Source: a bacterium (GTDB taxonomy: Bacteria > Patescibacteriota > Minisyncoccia > Phycocordibacterales > UBA12088). Taken from it: a DNA stretch of 64,000 nucleotides. Shown piece by piece: positions 17,351 through 27,223 of this stretch; position 1 is the first letter of the stretch, and each line of letters opens with the position of its first letter. The notes below the pieces were generated by a model, which searched no databases, was not told where the DNA came from, and saw nothing but the letters and a program-made list of their open reading frames with translations. The DNA lies in contig QKEV01000003.1 in the NCBI GenBank assembly GCA_003252295.1, positions 64,701 to 128,700 of the forward strand, written 5' to 3'. A program made the translations under genes and the position numbers.

Positions 17351-17403
17351 TAGGTATATAATTAATTATATACCTAATTATATAATTAGGTATATACCTA
17401 GAA
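17351..17403. repeat. Cluster of nested AT-rich palindromes (AGGTATATAAT-TAAT-ATTATATACCT; AATTATATAATT; TAGGTATATACCTA)
   Basis: Perfect 24-nt and 14-nt palindromes containing TATAAT-like boxes. The same 24-nt palindrome family recurs at 53405-53428. Confidence 0.8.
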
Positions 17404-17467
17404 ATTTGTATTGGAGTCAGAACTATGATTAGGTAGTAAGAGAGACTGATTATCATAAATATAAAGT

Positions 17468-18244
17468 ATGAAAAAAATAGAAGAGGTAAAAATTCTCCTC
17501 ATGCAAATGAGGAAAGATAAAGAAACACTCGAGGATGAGTTGGTACAGTTTGCAACACATGCAGGACTTACTGTTGAGCAGGTTGATACATTCCGACCAT
17601 TTGAAGAGGAGCTAGATGTGACAGGGATACAGAGGTATGACGCTTTCTTTGTTGGTGGCAGCAGTGATGATGGTATGGATCTTGTGGATGCTGCAGGTGA
17701 TGTGAGTAAGCTTCCGGAGTGGTTGCAGAAGGTTGCGACAGCTATCGCTACTGCACGGGAATTTCGTGTTCCATCTTTTCTCTCTTGTTTTGGTTTTCAG
17801 GTAGCAGGATCTATCTTTGGTGGGATGTTGGAGTATAAACCAGAGTCAGAGGAGTTTGGTACACTTGCATTTCGTCTCACTGAAGCTGGAAAACGTGACC
17901 TACTTTTTAAAGATGTACCTGATCCATTTCATGCTGTAGTTGGACATAAAAAATTCCTTACGAAACTTCCTGAGGGAGCAGTGAACTTGGTGGAGACAGA
18001 TGTATGTCCTATACACACCTTTACCTTCCCAGGTGAGCCGTTCTATGCATTTCAGTTCCATCCAGAGCTCACAAAGAAACAGTTACTTGAATGGCTCACG
18101 CGGTACAAGGAGCGATACTTCACCAAGAGTGACGGGACCTTTGACGAGGAAGCATACCAGAGATCTGTTACTGGTCATGTTGAGGTATCTGATGCAAACG
18201 CAATCATTCAGAAATTCATGGAGCGTGTAGTGCTTACGGCGTAA
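17468..18244 (+). CDS. Class I glutamine amidotransferase-like domain protein
   Basis: Nucleophile elbow LSCFGFQ and FQFHPE (His-Pro-Glu), typical of GATase1. Confidence 0.6.
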   Translation: MKKIEEVKILLMQMRKDKETLEDELVQFATHAGLTVEQVDTFRPFEEELDVTGIQRYDAFFVGGSSDDGMDLVDAAGDVSKLPEWLQKVATAIATAREFRVPSFLSCFGFQVAGSIFGGMLEYKPESEEFGTLAFRLTEAGKRDLLFKDVPDPFHAVVGHKKFLTKLPEGAVNLVETDVCPIHTFTFPGEPFYAFQFHPELTKKQLLEWLTRYKERYFTKSDGTFDEEAYQRSVTGHVEVSDANAIIQKFMERVVLTA

Positions 18245-18264
18245 TGTGTTTCGAACGAGTAAAA

Positions 18265-18295
18265 AACCGAGCTTGCACATAGCTCGGTTTTGCTA
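18265..18295 (+). terminator. Rho-independent terminator
   Basis: aaccgagct-tgcacat-agctcggtttt. Confidence 0.7.
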
Positions 18296-18343
18296 TTTAG
18301 TGTGTAGAGGAAATGATGTGAACATACCAACTCAGGAGGTGTT

Positions 18344-18607
18344 ATGGAACATGTAGAAACTGTATCCTTACAAAGTTACTCAATGAAGGTAACATGTAAG
18401 GACAAAGAAGGTAAACCGTGTGGTTGGAATCAAGACTTCATTGATTGCTCTTTTGATGATGCAGTTACGCATTGCTGTCTGGAGATCGCAAGCACAGAGA
18501 ACAATAGAGAAAAACTCGATCTCGGAAAGAGAACGATCACTAAGGTGACACTCAAGCATGCTGGCGAGACAGCAGATATTACCAAAAAGGTACTGGCGAT
18601 GATCTGA
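18344..18607 (+). CDS. Hypothetical protein (87 aa)
   Basis: ORF only; no motif recognised. Confidence 0.3.
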   Translation: MEHVETVSLQSYSMKVTCKDKEGKPCGWNQDFIDCSFDDAVTHCCLEIASTENNREKLDLGKRTITKVTLKHAGETADITKKVLAMI

Positions 18608-18624
18608 GGTTTCAGAAAGGGTTC

Positions 18625-19101
18625 ATGGTGATATGGACCCTTTTCTCGTATACTGGTTTCATGGAAGAGTATCCCACAGCAGGTTGTGTACCATTTCGCT
18701 ATACCCTTCAGGGTGAGATTGAGATACTCATGGTCTTGAATGATGCTGAGGAAAATGGGCACTGGGAGTTTCCGAAAGGCAAGCACGAAGTAGGGGAGGA
18801 TTCAAAAGAGACGGCACTTCGTGAACTAGAAGAAGAAACAGGGTTAACAGGAAAGTTGCTTGAAGAGGAACCTATTGAGTTCGAGTTTGATTGCCATATG
18901 TTTGGCAATCACTACCATAAAACCGTACAGTACTTCTACTGCAGAGTACCTGATAATGCAGAGGTACATATACAAGAGGATGAGCTGATGGCGTATGCTT
19001 GGCTTCCTTTAAATGAGATTGAAGAGCGTGCTACGTACCCAAAGATGAAAGAAGCAGCCCACAAAGTTTGTGAGTATTTCAAGGATTGCGGCACACAGTG
19101 A
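18625..19101 (+). CDS. NUDIX hydrolase
   Basis: Nudix box GKHEVGEDSKETALRELEEETGL. The true start may be the internal Met at 18661. Confidence 0.75.
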   Translation: MVIWTLFSYTGFMEEYPTAGCVPFRYTLQGEIEILMVLNDAEENGHWEFPKGKHEVGEDSKETALRELEEETGLTGKLLEEEPIEFEFDCHMFGNHYHKTVQYFYCRVPDNAEVHIQEDELMAYAWLPLNEIEERATYPKMKEAAHKVCEYFKDCGTQ

Positions 19102-19137
19102 TATGTATTAGGATAGGGTAGTCAAAAAAAGACATAT

Positions 19138-19210
19138 GCCGTTGTAGCTCAGTTGGTAGAGCGCATCCATGGTAAGGATGAGGTCCCCAGTTCAATCCTG
19201 GGCAACGGCT
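19138..19210 (+). tRNA. tRNA-Thr (anticodon GGU)
   Basis: GCCGTTG acceptor; anticodon stem CATCC/GGATG with loop AUGGUAA; T-arm with TTCAATC loop. Confidence 0.85.
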
Positions 19211-19264
19211 CACGTAGAAATTCCAACATTAGTGTGTGCTCAATGTTGGTGTTTTTATTAATAT

Positions 19265-19337
19265 GCCGAAGTAGCTCAGTTGGTAGAGCATTGCATTCGT
19301 AACGCAAAGGTCGGGAGTTCAAACCTCCCCTTCGGCT
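19265..19337 (+). tRNA. tRNA-Thr (anticodon CGU)
   Basis: GCCGAAG acceptor; anticodon stem TTGCA/TGCAA with loop UUCGUAA; T-arm GGGAG-TTCAAAC-CTCCC. Confidence 0.85.
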
Positions 19338-19338
19338 C

Positions 19339-20514
19339 ATGAAGAAAAATTTTTTTACACTGCTTGGAGCAGTTGCTGTCATCGTTTTGATACTCTTTGT
19401 ACTGGTGGTACATATGCAAACTCCGGACACGCTTGAGGAGAAGGTGTTCTATGCTGCTGGTCTAGGGGGTGATTACTTGGTTCGTGGTATCCATGAGGAC
19501 GGTTCGTACAGGTACAAGTATGATGTTGGTACCGGCACCGCTTTTGATTCGTATAACATGCTGCGACACTCTGGTACAACGTACGCTCTTTTTGAACTCT
19601 ACGAAGCTACAGAAAAAAAAGCTTACCTGGATGCAGCCAATAGTGCAGTAGCATATCTAGAAACAACTATTACAGCTTGTCCTCTAGAATTTTCTGATAT
19701 GCTCTGTGCGTATGATGGTGAAAAAATGAAACTTGGTGGCAATGCGCTCGCTATACTTGCTCTTCTTAAGCAGGCAGAGGCAACAGGTGATACAACATCT
19801 CGAGAAATAGCTGTTGAACTAGCAGCGTGGATGAAGGCGACGCAAACAAGTGAAGGTGAGTTCCCGATACATATTCAAATGCGAGACGGAACACTGGATG
19901 ATCATGTGTCAGAGTACTACCCAGGCGAAGCGATATATGCACTCGTCTATCTCTATGAGGCAACGGGTAACGAAGACTGGCTTACCTCTGCAGAGAGTGC
20001 TGCGGACTGGCTCATAGATGTTCGCGATAAAAATGAAACGATTGCAACAATTTCTCATGATCACTGGTTACTCTATGGTTTACGGGAGCTATACCTACAC
20101 TCTCATAAGGAAAAGTATCTCGTGCATGCAAGAAAGATCGTTGATGGAATTATTGCAAGTCAACATATAGACGGTGTTCCTGCTGATTGGGTCGGAGGGT
20201 ACTACACTCCGCCACAGTCTACTCCGACCGCAACACGCTCTGAGGGACTTGGTGCAGCATACACCTTGTTTGTTGAAGCAGGGGATAGCGAGTATGCTAC
20301 AAAAGCGTACGATGCTCTGCGTCGTGGTATGGAGTTTCAGTTGCGAACGTTCATTGATGGCACTCTTGCTCGAACTTATCCAGAACCAGTGGAAGCGCTT
20401 GGTGGATTCCGTCTCTCGCTCGAGAGTACGACCGTTCGCATAGACTACGTGCAGCACAATATTTCTTCGATGCTCATGTACAAAGAGATTTCGAAAGAAC
20501 GTTTGCTAGACTAG
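19339..20514 (+). CDS. Hypothetical membrane-anchored protein (N-terminal TM; alpha-helical repeat domain, possibly (alpha/alpha)6-barrel-like)
   Basis: TM AVAVIVLILFVLVV, then an alpha-rich domain with repeated aromatic/Gly motifs. No specific motif is recognised. The annotated start abuts the tRNA, so the true start is probably downstream. Confidence 0.4.
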   Translation: MKKNFFTLLGAVAVIVLILFVLVVHMQTPDTLEEKVFYAAGLGGDYLVRGIHEDGSYRYKYDVGTGTAFDSYNMLRHSGTTYALFELYEATEKKAYLDAANSAVAYLETTITACPLEFSDMLCAYDGEKMKLGGNALAILALLKQAEATGDTTSREIAVELAAWMKATQTSEGEFPIHIQMRDGTLDDHVSEYYPGEAIYALVYLYEATGNEDWLTSAESAADWLIDVRDKNETIATISHDHWLLYGLRELYLHSHKEKYLVHARKIVDGIIASQHIDGVPADWVGGYYTPPQSTPTATRSEGLGAAYTLFVEAGDSEYATKAYDALRRGMEFQLRTFIDGTLARTYPEPVEALGGFRLSLESTTVRIDYVQHNISSMLMYKEISKERLLD

Positions 20515-20534
20515 CAAACTATTAAACATACACA

Positions 20535-21413
20535 ATGAGTGAAGAAACAGAAAATAGGATCAAGGAGATAGAGTACCTCATGTGTCAGTCAGATTTTTGG
20601 AAGGACTCAGAAAAGGCACAAGGACTCATCAGTGAGTTGCAAGACCTCAAGACACTTGCCGAGGGTGGTACGCCATACGATAAGTTGCGTGCTGTCGTCT
20701 CTATCTATGCTGGAGCAGGAGGTGACGATGCGGAAGACTTTGCTGGTATGCTCTTTCGTATGTACCAGAAATACGCAGAGCGAAAGGGATGGGTATGGCA
20801 TCTCCTGCATGATCATGAGAATGACCACGGTGGTTATCGAAACCTCTCTTTTGAGGTGGAGGCAAAAGGTGCCTATGGTGAACTGCGGCATGAGTATGGG
20901 GTGCATCGTCTCGTGCGCATTTCACCCTTTAACTCAAATGCAAAACGTCATACCAGTTTTGTACTCGTCGAGGTGCTACCGGTTATTGAGAAGAAGCAGT
21001 TAGATATCCCTGAAAGTGACCTCGAAGTATCGTTTGCAAAGTCGAGTGGTCCAGGAGGACAGAATGTGAACAAGCGTGAGACTGCTGTCCGTGTTGTACA
21101 TACACCAACAGGTATTTCAGCATACGTGCATGGTGAGCGCAGTCAGAACGCAAACAGGGAGAAGGCACTCACCATTATAGAAGCAAAGCTGGTACGACGC
21201 CTAGAAGATGAGCACAAGGAAAGACTTGAAGAGCTATCAACCGATCCTGGGAAAATAGAGTGGGGAAGCCAAATACGTTCCTACGTACTCCATCCATACC
21301 AAATGGTAAAGGATCATAGAACAGGTACAGAAACAGCTAAAATAGACGATGTTTTGGAACGAGGAGACCTTGACGTATTCATAGAAAGTGCAAAAAATAT
21401 CGACACACAATAA
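20535..21413 (+). CDS. prfB: Peptide chain release factor 2 (short form, no programmed +1 frameshift site)
   Basis: GGQ motif SGPGGQNVNK, SPF tripeptide RISPFNSNAKRHTSF (RF2-specific), and C-terminal GWGSQIRSYVLHPYQMVKDHRTG. Only 20 nt separate it from the upstream stop, so there is no room for a frameshifted leader. Confidence 0.85.
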   Translation: MSEETENRIKEIEYLMCQSDFWKDSEKAQGLISELQDLKTLAEGGTPYDKLRAVVSIYAGAGGDDAEDFAGMLFRMYQKYAERKGWVWHLLHDHENDHGGYRNLSFEVEAKGAYGELRHEYGVHRLVRISPFNSNAKRHTSFVLVEVLPVIEKKQLDIPESDLEVSFAKSSGPGGQNVNKRETAVRVVHTPTGISAYVHGERSQNANREKALTIIEAKLVRRLEDEHKERLEELSTDPGKIEWGSQIRSYVLHPYQMVKDHRTGTETAKIDDVLERGDLDVFIESAKNIDTQ

Positions 21414-21507
21414 GTGTTGCCACTACATTGTCGTATCGTGGTATACTAGTCATCGTAGCGGTTGTACGGTGCTTTTTTGATTAAAGGGAACTAGATTTAC
21501 GTATCTA

Positions 21508-22188
21508 ATGATTTACTTTGATAACGTTTCAAAATACTATTCTGACGATTCGGTAGCACTAGAAGAGGTGACGCTTTCGATTGCTCCCGGAGAATTTGTT
21601 TCAATAGTCGGACATTCAGGTGCAGGTAAGACAACCCTCTTGAAGTTGCTTTTGGTAGAGGAGGGTCCAAGTGAGGGTTCCATTTACTTCCACTCAACAG
21701 ATATTCATAAGCTCCGTCGTGCACATCTCACAAAGTATCGTCAGAGGATAGGTACGGTATTTCAAGATTTTCGCTTGCTTCCAAACAGAACAACGTACGA
21801 GAATATTGCGTTTGCTATGGAAGCTGCAGGACGTGCGGATGATGAAATACAGGCGGATGTGCCACATGTACTTGACCTTGTTGATCTCTCGGATAAGATG
21901 TGGAACTTCCCAGATGAACTCTCTGGTGGTGAGCGTCAGCGCGTTGCAATAGCTCGTGCCATCGTAAATCAGCCAGACATTATTATCGCTGATGAGCCGA
22001 CAGGCAACCTCGACCCTATTAATACCTACGAGATTGTGCAGATCTTGAAAAAAATTAATGACCTCGGTACGACGGTTGTTTTGACCACACATAATAAGGG
22101 AGTGATAGACTCTCTTGGTAGACGAGTGGTGACCATGGACTCAGGACGTATTGTTCGTGATGACACGTCAGGGCGTTATGTAATGTAA
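21508..22188 (+). CDS. ftsE: Cell division ATP-binding protein FtsE
   Basis: Walker A GHSGAGKTT, signature [15 protein letters not shown], immediately followed by ftsX. Confidence 0.85.
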   Translation: MIYFDNVSKYYSDDSVALEEVTLSIAPGEFVSIVGHSGAGKTTLLKLLLVEEGPSEGSIYFHSTDIHKLRRAHLTKYRQRIGTVFQDFRLLPNRTTYENIAFAMEAAGRADDEIQADVPHVLDLVDLSDKMWNFPDELSGGERQRVAIARAIVNQPDIIIADEPTGNLDPINTYEIVQILKKINDLGTTVVLTTHNKGVIDSLGRRVVTMDSGRIVRDDTSGRYVM

Positions 22189-22193
22189 ATCGT

Positions 22194-23120
22194 ATGTTTC
22201 TTTCACTTAAACGAGTAGTAAAAACAGGATTCATAAACTTTTGGAGAAATGGTTTTGTCTCTACTTCATCTGTTGTAGTAATGACCATTACGCTCTTTGT
22301 GATGGGGTCACTTATTTTTGTAAATGAAATGCTCGACTCTTCACTTGAGCTCTTGCGTGACAAGGTGGATATCAATGCATACTTTGTCATAGATGCACCT
22401 GAGGAGAGTATCCTTGCTGTACAGGGCACTTTAGAGCAACTTGATGAAGTTGAGACGGTGGTGTACACCTCACGCGAGGAAGCTGAAGCACGTTTTCGTG
22501 AGCGCCATAAGGATGATGAGATAGAGATACAGGCACTTGATGAACTGGGCAGCAACCCACTCCTCGCGTCGCTCTCTATCAAAGCAAAGGATCCAACACA
22601 CTATGAACGCATCAATGAGTTCCTTCAATCAGATCCTTCAACAGTGAGTACTGATGGGGTCCCTATTGTTGCAAAAGTGAACTTTAACGAAAACAAGGCG
22701 GCAATAGAGAAACTTGAGCAGTGGATGAAAGCAATAGAAACATTTGGTATGGTGCTCTCGGGAGTGCTCGTTGCGGTATCAGTTATCATTGTCTTTAATA
22801 CTATTCGTATGACGATATATATCTCCCGAGAGGAAATAGCAGTCATGCGTCTTGTTGGTGCAAGTGATATGTACATACGAGGACCGTTTGTATTTTCGGG
22901 AATTATGTCAGGCATCATTGCTGCAACAGTAACTCTTATTTCTTTCTACCCACTCTCTATTTGGCTTGGCCCAAGCACACAAGAATTTTTCGGTGATTTT
23001 AATCTATTCATCTTTTATACACAGAACTTTGGTAGGATATTTATTATTATTATGCTCACGGGAGTATTCCTTGGGGCGTTTTCAAGTTTCTTAGCAGTTA
23101 AAAAATATTTGAGAGTGTAG
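22194..23120 (+). CDS. ftsX: Cell division permease FtsX
   Basis: 4-TM FtsX topology (N-terminal TM, periplasmic domain, three C-terminal TMs) and its position after ftsE. Confidence 0.8.
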   Translation: MFLSLKRVVKTGFINFWRNGFVSTSSVVVMTITLFVMGSLIFVNEMLDSSLELLRDKVDINAYFVIDAPEESILAVQGTLEQLDEVETVVYTSREEAEARFRERHKDDEIEIQALDELGSNPLLASLSIKAKDPTHYERINEFLQSDPSTVSTDGVPIVAKVNFNENKAAIEKLEQWMKAIETFGMVLSGVLVAVSVIIVFNTIRMTIYISREEIAVMRLVGASDMYIRGPFVFSGIMSGIIAATVTLISFYPLSIWLGPSTQEFFGDFNLFIFYTQNFGRIFIIIMLTGVFLGAFSSFLAVKKYLRV

Positions 23121-23122
23121 CT

Positions 23123-24784
23123 ATGCCAAAAAAAACAAATCGTAACACAAAGTACATATTTGTCGTTGGGGGAGTAATGAGTGGTGTCGGCAAAGGTGTT
23201 ACGACGAGCTCTATAGGCATGATACTCAAGGCACGTGGTCTCAATGTAACGGCGATGAAGATTGATCCGTACATCAATGTTGATGCGGGCACCATGAATC
23301 CAACCGAACATGGTGAAGTGTTTGTACTTGAGGGAGGTCTTGAGTGTGATCAGGATATGGGAAACTATGAACGCTTTTTAGACACAACACTTGGTGATGG
23401 TAATTACATGACGACGGGTGCCGTATATCAACATGTTATAGAGAAAGAGCGTAACCTAGGATACAAAGGTAAATGCGTACAGGTGGTGCCACACATTCCA
23501 CTTGAGGTGATAGGGAGGGTAAAACGAGCAGGCGAAAAGGCAGGTGCTGATGTTGTTGTAGTTGAGCTCGGAGGTACTGTTGGTGAGTATGAGAATATTC
23601 TCTTCATTGAGGCTATTCGTATGTTGAAGCTTGAGCAGCCAGATAATGTCACGACAGTTATGGTGAGTTACGTACCCGTACCAAACAAGATTGGTGAAAT
23701 GAAGACAAAGCCGACACAGCATGCGGTACGAGCATTGAACTCTACTGGTGTGCATCCTGATTTTATTATTGCACGAAGCGACCATGCACTTGATGCAAAA
23801 CGAAAGGAGAAGATTGCACTACACTGTAACATCTCAAAAGAGCGTGTTATCAGTGCTCCTGATGTAGACAGTATCTACGATATACCACTGAGTTTTGAAA
23901 AAGCAGAGCTTTCCGACCTACTCTTGAAGCGTCTCTCTCTAAAACCAAAGTCACCATCAAAGCTTGGTCCATGGAAAACATTTGCACGAAAGGCTAGTAA
24001 GGTGTCACACGAAGTACATATTGCTGTTGTGGGAAAGTACTTTGATACAGGAGATTTTGTGCTTTCAGATGCATACATTTCAGTACTTGAGGCTATTAAG
24101 CATGGTGCCTATAAGATAGGCGTTAAGCCGGTCATACATTGGATAAATTCAAAAGACTACACGAAAGGTGTAAAGAAGGGAGACCTTGATAGGTATGATG
24201 GCATCCTTGTTCCTGGTGGTTTTGGTGAGACGGGTATTGAAGGAAAGATACATGTCATTGAGTATGCTCGAAAAAACAAGATACCATACTTCGGGCTTTG
24301 CTATGGTATGCAGCTCATGGTGGTAGAGTATGCACGGCATGTGCTGGGGCTTCAGGGTGCCCATACGGTAGAGATAAATCCTGACACCAAGTATCCGATA
24401 ATAGATATTATGCCTGAACAGAAAAAACTCATGGCTGAGAGCAACTATGGTGGTACCATGCGTCTCGGGGCATACCCTGCGAAACTGGTGCAGGGAACTA
24501 TTGCAAAAACGCTCTACAAGAAGAATGAGGTGAGTGAGCGACATCGACATCGCTATGAGGTAAATCCTGAGTACATTGAACAACTTGAAGCTGAGGGACT
24601 CGTCTTTTCAGGTCAATCCCCAGACGGTGTGTTGATGGAGATTGCAGAGCTTCCTAATGCGGTGCATCCATTTTTCCTTGGTACGCAGTTCCATCCAGAA
24701 TTTACCTCACGACCGCTTTCACCACATCCGCTTTTTGTAGGCTTTGTGAAAGCTGCAAAAGAGTATAGAGGTACACAAAAATAG
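23123..24784 (+). CDS. pyrG: CTP synthase
   Basis: N-terminal KYIFVVGGVMSGVGKG (synthetase P-loop) and C-terminal GATase domain (GLCYGMQ, HPEF). Confidence 0.9.
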   Translation: MPKKTNRNTKYIFVVGGVMSGVGKGVTTSSIGMILKARGLNVTAMKIDPYINVDAGTMNPTEHGEVFVLEGGLECDQDMGNYERFLDTTLGDGNYMTTGAVYQHVIEKERNLGYKGKCVQVVPHIPLEVIGRVKRAGEKAGADVVVVELGGTVGEYENILFIEAIRMLKLEQPDNVTTVMVSYVPVPNKIGEMKTKPTQHAVRALNSTGVHPDFIIARSDHALDAKRKEKIALHCNISKERVISAPDVDSIYDIPLSFEKAELSDLLLKRLSLKPKSPSKLGPWKTFARKASKVSHEVHIAVVGKYFDTGDFVLSDAYISVLEAIKHGAYKIGVKPVIHWINSKDYTKGVKKGDLDRYDGILVPGGFGETGIEGKIHVIEYARKNKIPYFGLCYGMQLMVVEYARHVLGLQGAHTVEINPDTKYPIIDIMPEQKKLMAESNYGGTMRLGAYPAKLVQGTIAKTLYKKNEVSERHRHRYEVNPEYIEQLEAEGLVFSGQSPDGVLMEIAELPNAVHPFFLGTQFHPEFTSRPLSPHPLFVGFVKAAKEYRGTQK

Positions 24785-24876
24785 TAAAATAATGGCTCAA
24801 TAGAGCCATTATTTTATGGTACCTGTGTGTGAAAAAGTATGTACAAATATGCTACTGTGTGATATAGTATGCACAT

Positions 24877-25881
24877 ATGACATCAAAGTCGATAATCCGC
24901 CGTATGGCGGTGTTTGTTTTTATAGCGGGGACCGCATTCTTTGCCGGTATCTTGTTTTCTGAGGATTCACTGCATTTTGAACCTGCAGTTGCAGATGCGC
25001 AGGAAACTGATGTGGTTGCTGATACTACAACAAATGAAGAACCTTTAACTGCTAGCACTACTGAGCAGAGTGCGACAAGTACAGGAGAGAGTTCTATTCT
25101 TGATTCAACACTTATTGAGGTTTTGAGTACACCAAAACAGGATCTCACAAAACCAGAACTTGATACTGAAAAGGATGAGATACAAACACTCCTTGAGAAA
25201 CGCCAGGTTGAAAAACCAGGATTGTTTACCTTTATTGCCTACTGGGTACAGAAGGCAATAGCGCTTGGTATTCCTGCAAATACTATTGTACTCATTTTCC
25301 TTATACCAGTTATCGCAACACTCATTACTTTCGTGCGAGTGGTCATTGGTTTGCCTGCACTTGAGATGATGGTACCTATCGTACTCTCATTTGCTTTCGT
25401 TGCGGTTGGAATTACTGCAGGACTCATTATTTTGAGTGCAGTCATTTTGGCCTCCTTTGTTTCCCGTACACTCCTGCGCAAAGTGCCTATCATGTACTTC
25501 CCGAAACGTTCTCTCTCACATCTCTTTCTTGCCTTCTTTGTGTTTGGAGCACTTACGATTGCTATCATTCTTGATTTTCAGTCAATTCGTGAACTTTCTA
25601 TCTTCCCAGTACTCATTCTTACCCTCCTGGGTGACTCTATTGTGTCTGTACAGTTGAGGAAGACGGTGCGAGAGACAATTGTTATCACTGCGGTAACACT
25701 CGGTCTTGCGCTCATTGGTTACCTGCTTGCAACAAGTGTTCTCGTGCGTGATCTGGTGATACTTTGGCCTGAACTGATACTTATAACAGTACCTATTAAT
25801 TTCCTTCTTGGACGTTACTTTGGTCTACGACTTTCTGAGGTATTCCGTTTTAGAAGTCTCGAAGCGTATGCCCGTAAGTAA
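24877..25881 (+). CDS. Polytopic (about 7-TM) membrane protein, first gene of the ATP-grasp/protease module
   Basis: N-terminal anchor, acidic/Thr-Ser-rich linker, then about 7 hydrophobic helices. Its stop overlaps the next gene's start by 14 nt. Confidence 0.55.
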   Translation: MTSKSIIRRMAVFVFIAGTAFFAGILFSEDSLHFEPAVADAQETDVVADTTTNEEPLTASTTEQSATSTGESSILDSTLIEVLSTPKQDLTKPELDTEKDEIQTLLEKRQVEKPGLFTFIAYWVQKAIALGIPANTIVLIFLIPVIATLITFVRVVIGLPALEMMVPIVLSFAFVAVGITAGLIILSAVILASFVSRTLLRKVPIMYFPKRSLSHLFLAFFVFGALTIAIILDFQSIRELSIFPVLILTLLGDSIVSVQLRKTVRETIVITAVTLGLALIGYLLATSVLVRDLVILWPELILITVPINFLLGRYFGLRLSEVFRFRSLEAYARK

Positions 25882-27223
25882 ACAAGCACTCGGGATGAAT
25901 GCCCGAAATTATCTCTACATACGCCCGAACAATAAACCTCGGGCAAAGGAACGTGCTGACAGTAAGTTGCTCACGAAAGAGCATTTGGTGAAGAAGAAGA
26001 TACCTACCCCTGAGCTCAAAGAGGTGTTTCGAACACATAGGGATGTTCGTGACTATGACTGGACCAAGCTCAAGGGGAGCTTCGTGTTGAAGCCTGCTCG
26101 TGGATACGGTGGTGGCGGTATACTCGTTGTACGAAACTGGAATGGAGAACAGGGAAGACGACTGGGGAGTAAGCCAATTACAAAAGAAGAGCTTGAAGCA
26201 GAGATATACAGTATTTTGGACGGTGCGTATTCGCTCAACAATCTTCCTGACATTGCTCTAATAGAGAAACGAGTAATTGTGTCTAGCACTATGCGTAAGT
26301 TGAGTAAAAAGGGTGTACCAGATATACGGGTCATTGTGTACAACAAGGTTCCTGTTATGGCAATGCTTCGATTACCAACTAAATACTCGAATGGATGTGC
26401 GAACTTGCACCAAGGAGCCATGGGTGTTGGTATCGACCTGCGCACGGGAATAACCACGAAAGGAGTCCTGTTTGGTTTTGATGAGAAACACATACCAGGT
26501 ACCAAAACAAAAGTGCGAGGTATTAAAATTCCTAAATGGAGCAAGGTGTTGAAGTATGCTGTACAGGCACAGAAGGCGTCACGTCTCGGGTATGCAGGTA
26601 TAGACATTGTATTTGATGAAAAACTTGGCCCATTGGTACTGGAGGTGAATGCTCGTCCGGGACTTCAGATACAGTTAGCGAATGGTGATTCACTTCGTAC
26701 CCGCCTTGAGCGGGTTGAGGGAATGCATATTCCTTCTATTGAGTACGGTATTGATCTCGGCAAACGTTTGTTTGCGGAAAAGTCATTGAGTGATATAAAC
26801 GTGAAGAGTAACGTCCTTAAGGTTCGTGAGCCGGTTGTCATCTATGGTCCAAAAGGGAAGAAGAAGATTACAGCCAAGGTAGACACTGGTGCCTACAGTA
26901 CTTCAATAGATACGGCACTTGTAGAAGAGTTGGGGTTGAAGAAACATCCACGACAGAAGCTTGTTCGTACTGGGTTTGGACCAGAAGAGGTGCGTGATAG
27001 GGTGCATGTTGTATTTCGTCTTCATGGTATGGATATTGAAACCGATGCTTCAATCACCGATCGCTCACACATGCGTTATCCTATGATTATTGGTCGTCGT
27101 AACCTAAAAGGTTTCTTGGTTGATCCCAAGTACACACCAACTGATGAAGAGAAACAAAAACGTTTAGAAAGAAAAAAAATAAAAGAATTAGAAGTTGGTA
27201 AAGAAGAGACAAGTGATGAGTAA
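25868..27223 (+). CDS. Fusion protein: RimK-related ATP-grasp ligase (alpha-L-glutamate ligase-like) N-terminal domain plus retropepsin-like aspartic protease (DTGA) C-terminal domain
   Basis: ATP-grasp features (LKPARGYGGGGILVV; GVGIDLRTG; EVNARPGLQIQ) and a C-terminal ITAKVDTGAYSTSID...MIIGRRNL clan-AA protease signature. Confidence 0.65.
   Translation: MPVSKQALGMNARNYLYIRPNNKPRAKERADSKLLTKEHLVKKKIPTPELKEVFRTHRDVRDYDWTKLKGSFVLKPARGYGGGGILVVRNWNGEQGRRLGSKPITKEELEAEIYSILDGAYSLNNLPDIALIEKRVIVSSTMRKLSKKGVPDIRVIVYNKVPVMAMLRLPTKYSNGCANLHQGAMGVGIDLRTGITTKGVLFGFDEKHIPGTKTKVRGIKIPKWSKVLKYAVQAQKASRLGYAGIDIVFDEKLGPLVLEVNARPGLQIQLANGDSLRTRLERVEGMHIPSIEYGIDLGKRLFAEKSLSDINVKSNVLKVREPVVIYGPKGKKKITAKVDTGAYSTSIDTALVEELGLKKHPRQKLVRTGFGPEEVRDRVHVVFRLHGMDIETDASITDRSHMRYPMIIGRRNLKGFLVDPKYTPTDEEKQKRLERKKIKELEVGKEETSDE

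Noticed and set aside
17193-17456. Minus-strand ORFs over the AT-rich palindrome loci (also 53372-53770)
   Set aside because: The translations (YIPNYI repeats) merely reflect the TATA-rich palindromes, and the region is intergenic with promoter-like features.
19149-19430. Minus-strand ORF overlapping the two tRNA-Thr genes
   Set aside because: It is antisense to two well-formed tRNAs and has no protein features, so it is spurious.
20461-20540. Programmed +1 frameshift leader for prfB
   Set aside because: The upstream gene ends 20 nt before the prfB ATG and no CTTTGAC-type site or upstream in-frame mini-ORF exists.
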